NCBI GenBank assembly: GCA_010093705.1
Contig: MU006107.1
Coordinates: 170,031 to 234,030 of the forward strand
Reading direction: 5' to 3'
DNA: 64,000 bases
Source of the DNA: Patellaria atrata CBS 101060
Lineage: Eukaryota
Under the pieces are notes generated by a model. That model was not told the DNA's origin, searched no databases, and worked only from the letters and a program-made list of their open reading frames with translations. Shown piece after piece: positions 62,066 through 64,000 of this stretch; the stretch's first letter is position 1; each line of letters begins with the position of its first letter. The position numbers and the translations under genes are program-made.

Positions 62066-63629
62066 TTAATGCTTCACCCCATTAACCAAACCCTCCCTCT
62101 TACTCACCGTCTTCGCGCCATCTCCATTCGGCATCCCCACCATCCACGTCGGCGGCACCATACCCGTCTGCTCCTGAATCGTGCTAAACAGCGGCGGCAG
62201 ACTCTGGAAAAGACTCCTAATCGGCGCGCCCGCGTCGACGCCCTCGCCCTGATTCCCCGTATTCCACACGCTGATCTTGGGCTGCAGGCCCTGCACCGCC
62301 GCCGCGTTCGCCTTAGCCAGCTTCTCGTACGTGTTGTTCTGCAGCATGATGTACTGTATGAGGCCCTGGGGCCCACCCAGCACGTCGGCCAGGGCCCCGT
62401 ACGCCTTCGCCATCTCCTGCAGGCCCTGTGCTTCCTTCTGGCGGGAGATGAAGGCGGCATCGGCGGCTTTGGCGGCGCTGATGTAATCCGCTTCCGCCGC
62501 CTTCTGGCGCGCGTAGAACTGCGCGTCCGCTTCGCGCTCTTTGGCTATGAAGGCCGCTTCGGCCTCCTTGGTCTCGCGGAAGAGGAGCGCCTCGGCGTCG
62601 GCTTGTTGCTGGTATTTGACACCGTCTGCCTTCTTCTCCTGCGTGTAGAGGTCCGCGTCGGCCTTTTGTTCGGCGCTTTCACGCGCGATTTTCGCCTGCG
62701 TGACGGTGGTGGCGCGGAGGCGCTCGAGTTCCATCTCCGCGCGCTTCTGCTCGACGATCTTCTGGAGTTCCGAGTCGCGCTGCTCGGCGGTGCGTTGGGC
62801 GAGGATCCGCTCGAGGTTCAGCTCCTTCTCGATCTGGATCTCCTTGTTCGTAAGTTTGGCGTCCGCTGCAGCTTTCTCGCCCTTACGCTCGGTTTCGAGG
62901 ACGGCGGTTTGCGCGTTGATCTTTGCGATCTCCTGCTTCGTTTGGCCTTGCTTGGACGCCTCGCCAATCTCGCCCGTCATGCGGGCGTGGGCGACGTCGA
63001 CTTTGGCCTGGTTGAGAGCGCCCTCATGTGCCTTGCGCGAGAGGAAGGCGAAGTACTCGCTTCCCGGTGTGTCTTGCAGCTCCTTGACGTTGGCGTTGTA
63101 GATCTTAAGGCCAAATTGATCGAGCTCGGTTTGAACTGATAAGATAACTTTATTCTTGAAAACTTGACGTTCTTTGAAGAGCTCTTCCATCGTCATGGTC
63201 GAGACGATGGACCTGGTCTCGCCCTCGATGATGCCCTTGACGATATCTTGGACGTGGTTGCGGCCTTCACCTACCGAGACGGTGGTTTTACTGGCAGATG
63301 CTGTGGGAGAGCCATCGGATTGACCGGTCAGGAGGACGGCGTATTTGGTCAATGATTCGACGTCGTCGGAGGGGCCGATGGTGAAGACAGCGGGAAGGGA
63401 GAACTTCAACTTCTCTATCGTCATGGCTTGAAGAGTCATCGAGAAGTCGAACGGTGTAACTGAGATTTTGGAGACCTGTACATGGTGAGCTGCGAGTCAC
63501 TTGGTGGTCGTATTGAACTAGTACCTTCTGAAAGGGCATCAATAGCGCCTTCTTCTTGATGAGCACCTTGTCGATACCAGCGCCAGTAATGACGAGGTAC
63601 GAGTTGGATTCGGCCACATGATACCACAT
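62066..63629 (-). CDS. floA: Flotillin (SPFH domain) protein
   Basis: YLVITGAGI, QAMTIEKL.F.LPAVFTIGP, GIIEGETR, IYNANVKEL.D, an AEA-rich coiled coil and GLQPKISVWNTG. One intron at 63476-63524. Confidence 0.92.
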
Positions 63630-64000
63630 CCTGTTGACTAATTTGATCGACTTGGTTGATTAGGAAGAGAAGAGGAAAAGCCTAAAATGAAGGTATGGAT
63701 TTGCGTTAAAGGACCAAATTTAGGGGTGTATTGGAACTCTATGCTACTAGATGTAGAATACTGAGTAAGATGATAAAGTAGAGATGGGAGAGTAAAGAAG
63801 TATGAATTACCGTGACCAGTTTATATACTACTCTACATGCTAGTCGAGATATTGACTGCGGTACATCTTCACCTCACCTTCCACGGTTACCGGCAACAAG
63901 CCACACAGGGATCCTCGGTTAATGGGGGTTAGTGAGGCAATCCCAATGTAGAAAATGCTAAGCAGTGAAATATTATGGATCGTTGTACGGTACATCGTGT

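Overview
Gene-dense, intron-rich DNA from a filamentous ascomycete (Pezizomycotina, judged from ~50-100 nt GT-AG introns with CTRAC branch points and flbE-, usgS-, INP1- and HET-family genes). About 27 protein-coding loci could be spliced by hand: 5-oxoprolinase (5' end outside the window), eIF1/SUI1, a TPT-family transporter, a Cir_N protein, a FlbE-like protein, IST1, SLD5, a quinone oxidoreductase, RPA1, a dienelactone hydrolase, INP1, usgS, formamidase, a secreted PhiA/IgE-binding-like protein, YggU/DUF167, arginase, type II NADH dehydrogenase, a DUF6594-like protein, RasGAP, NSL1, RPN12, FCP1, flotillin and several hypotheticals. An accessory patch at ~50.3-57 kb holds a complete but dead 1259-bp Tc1 (DD34E) transposon, an F-box-like gene and a HET pseudogene. 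I found no tRNA, rRNA or CRISPR, and no new multi-gene system I can support. The strongest leads are expression oddities: an apparent GA-AG intron needed to build INP1; an in-frame, presequence-like N-terminal extension on a divergent RPN12; a YggU gene with ACG where the start is expected; a poor-context eIF1 AUG preceded by an open frame; and usgS-fmdS synteny with clustered GATA sites. All family calls come from motif recognition, not database searches.
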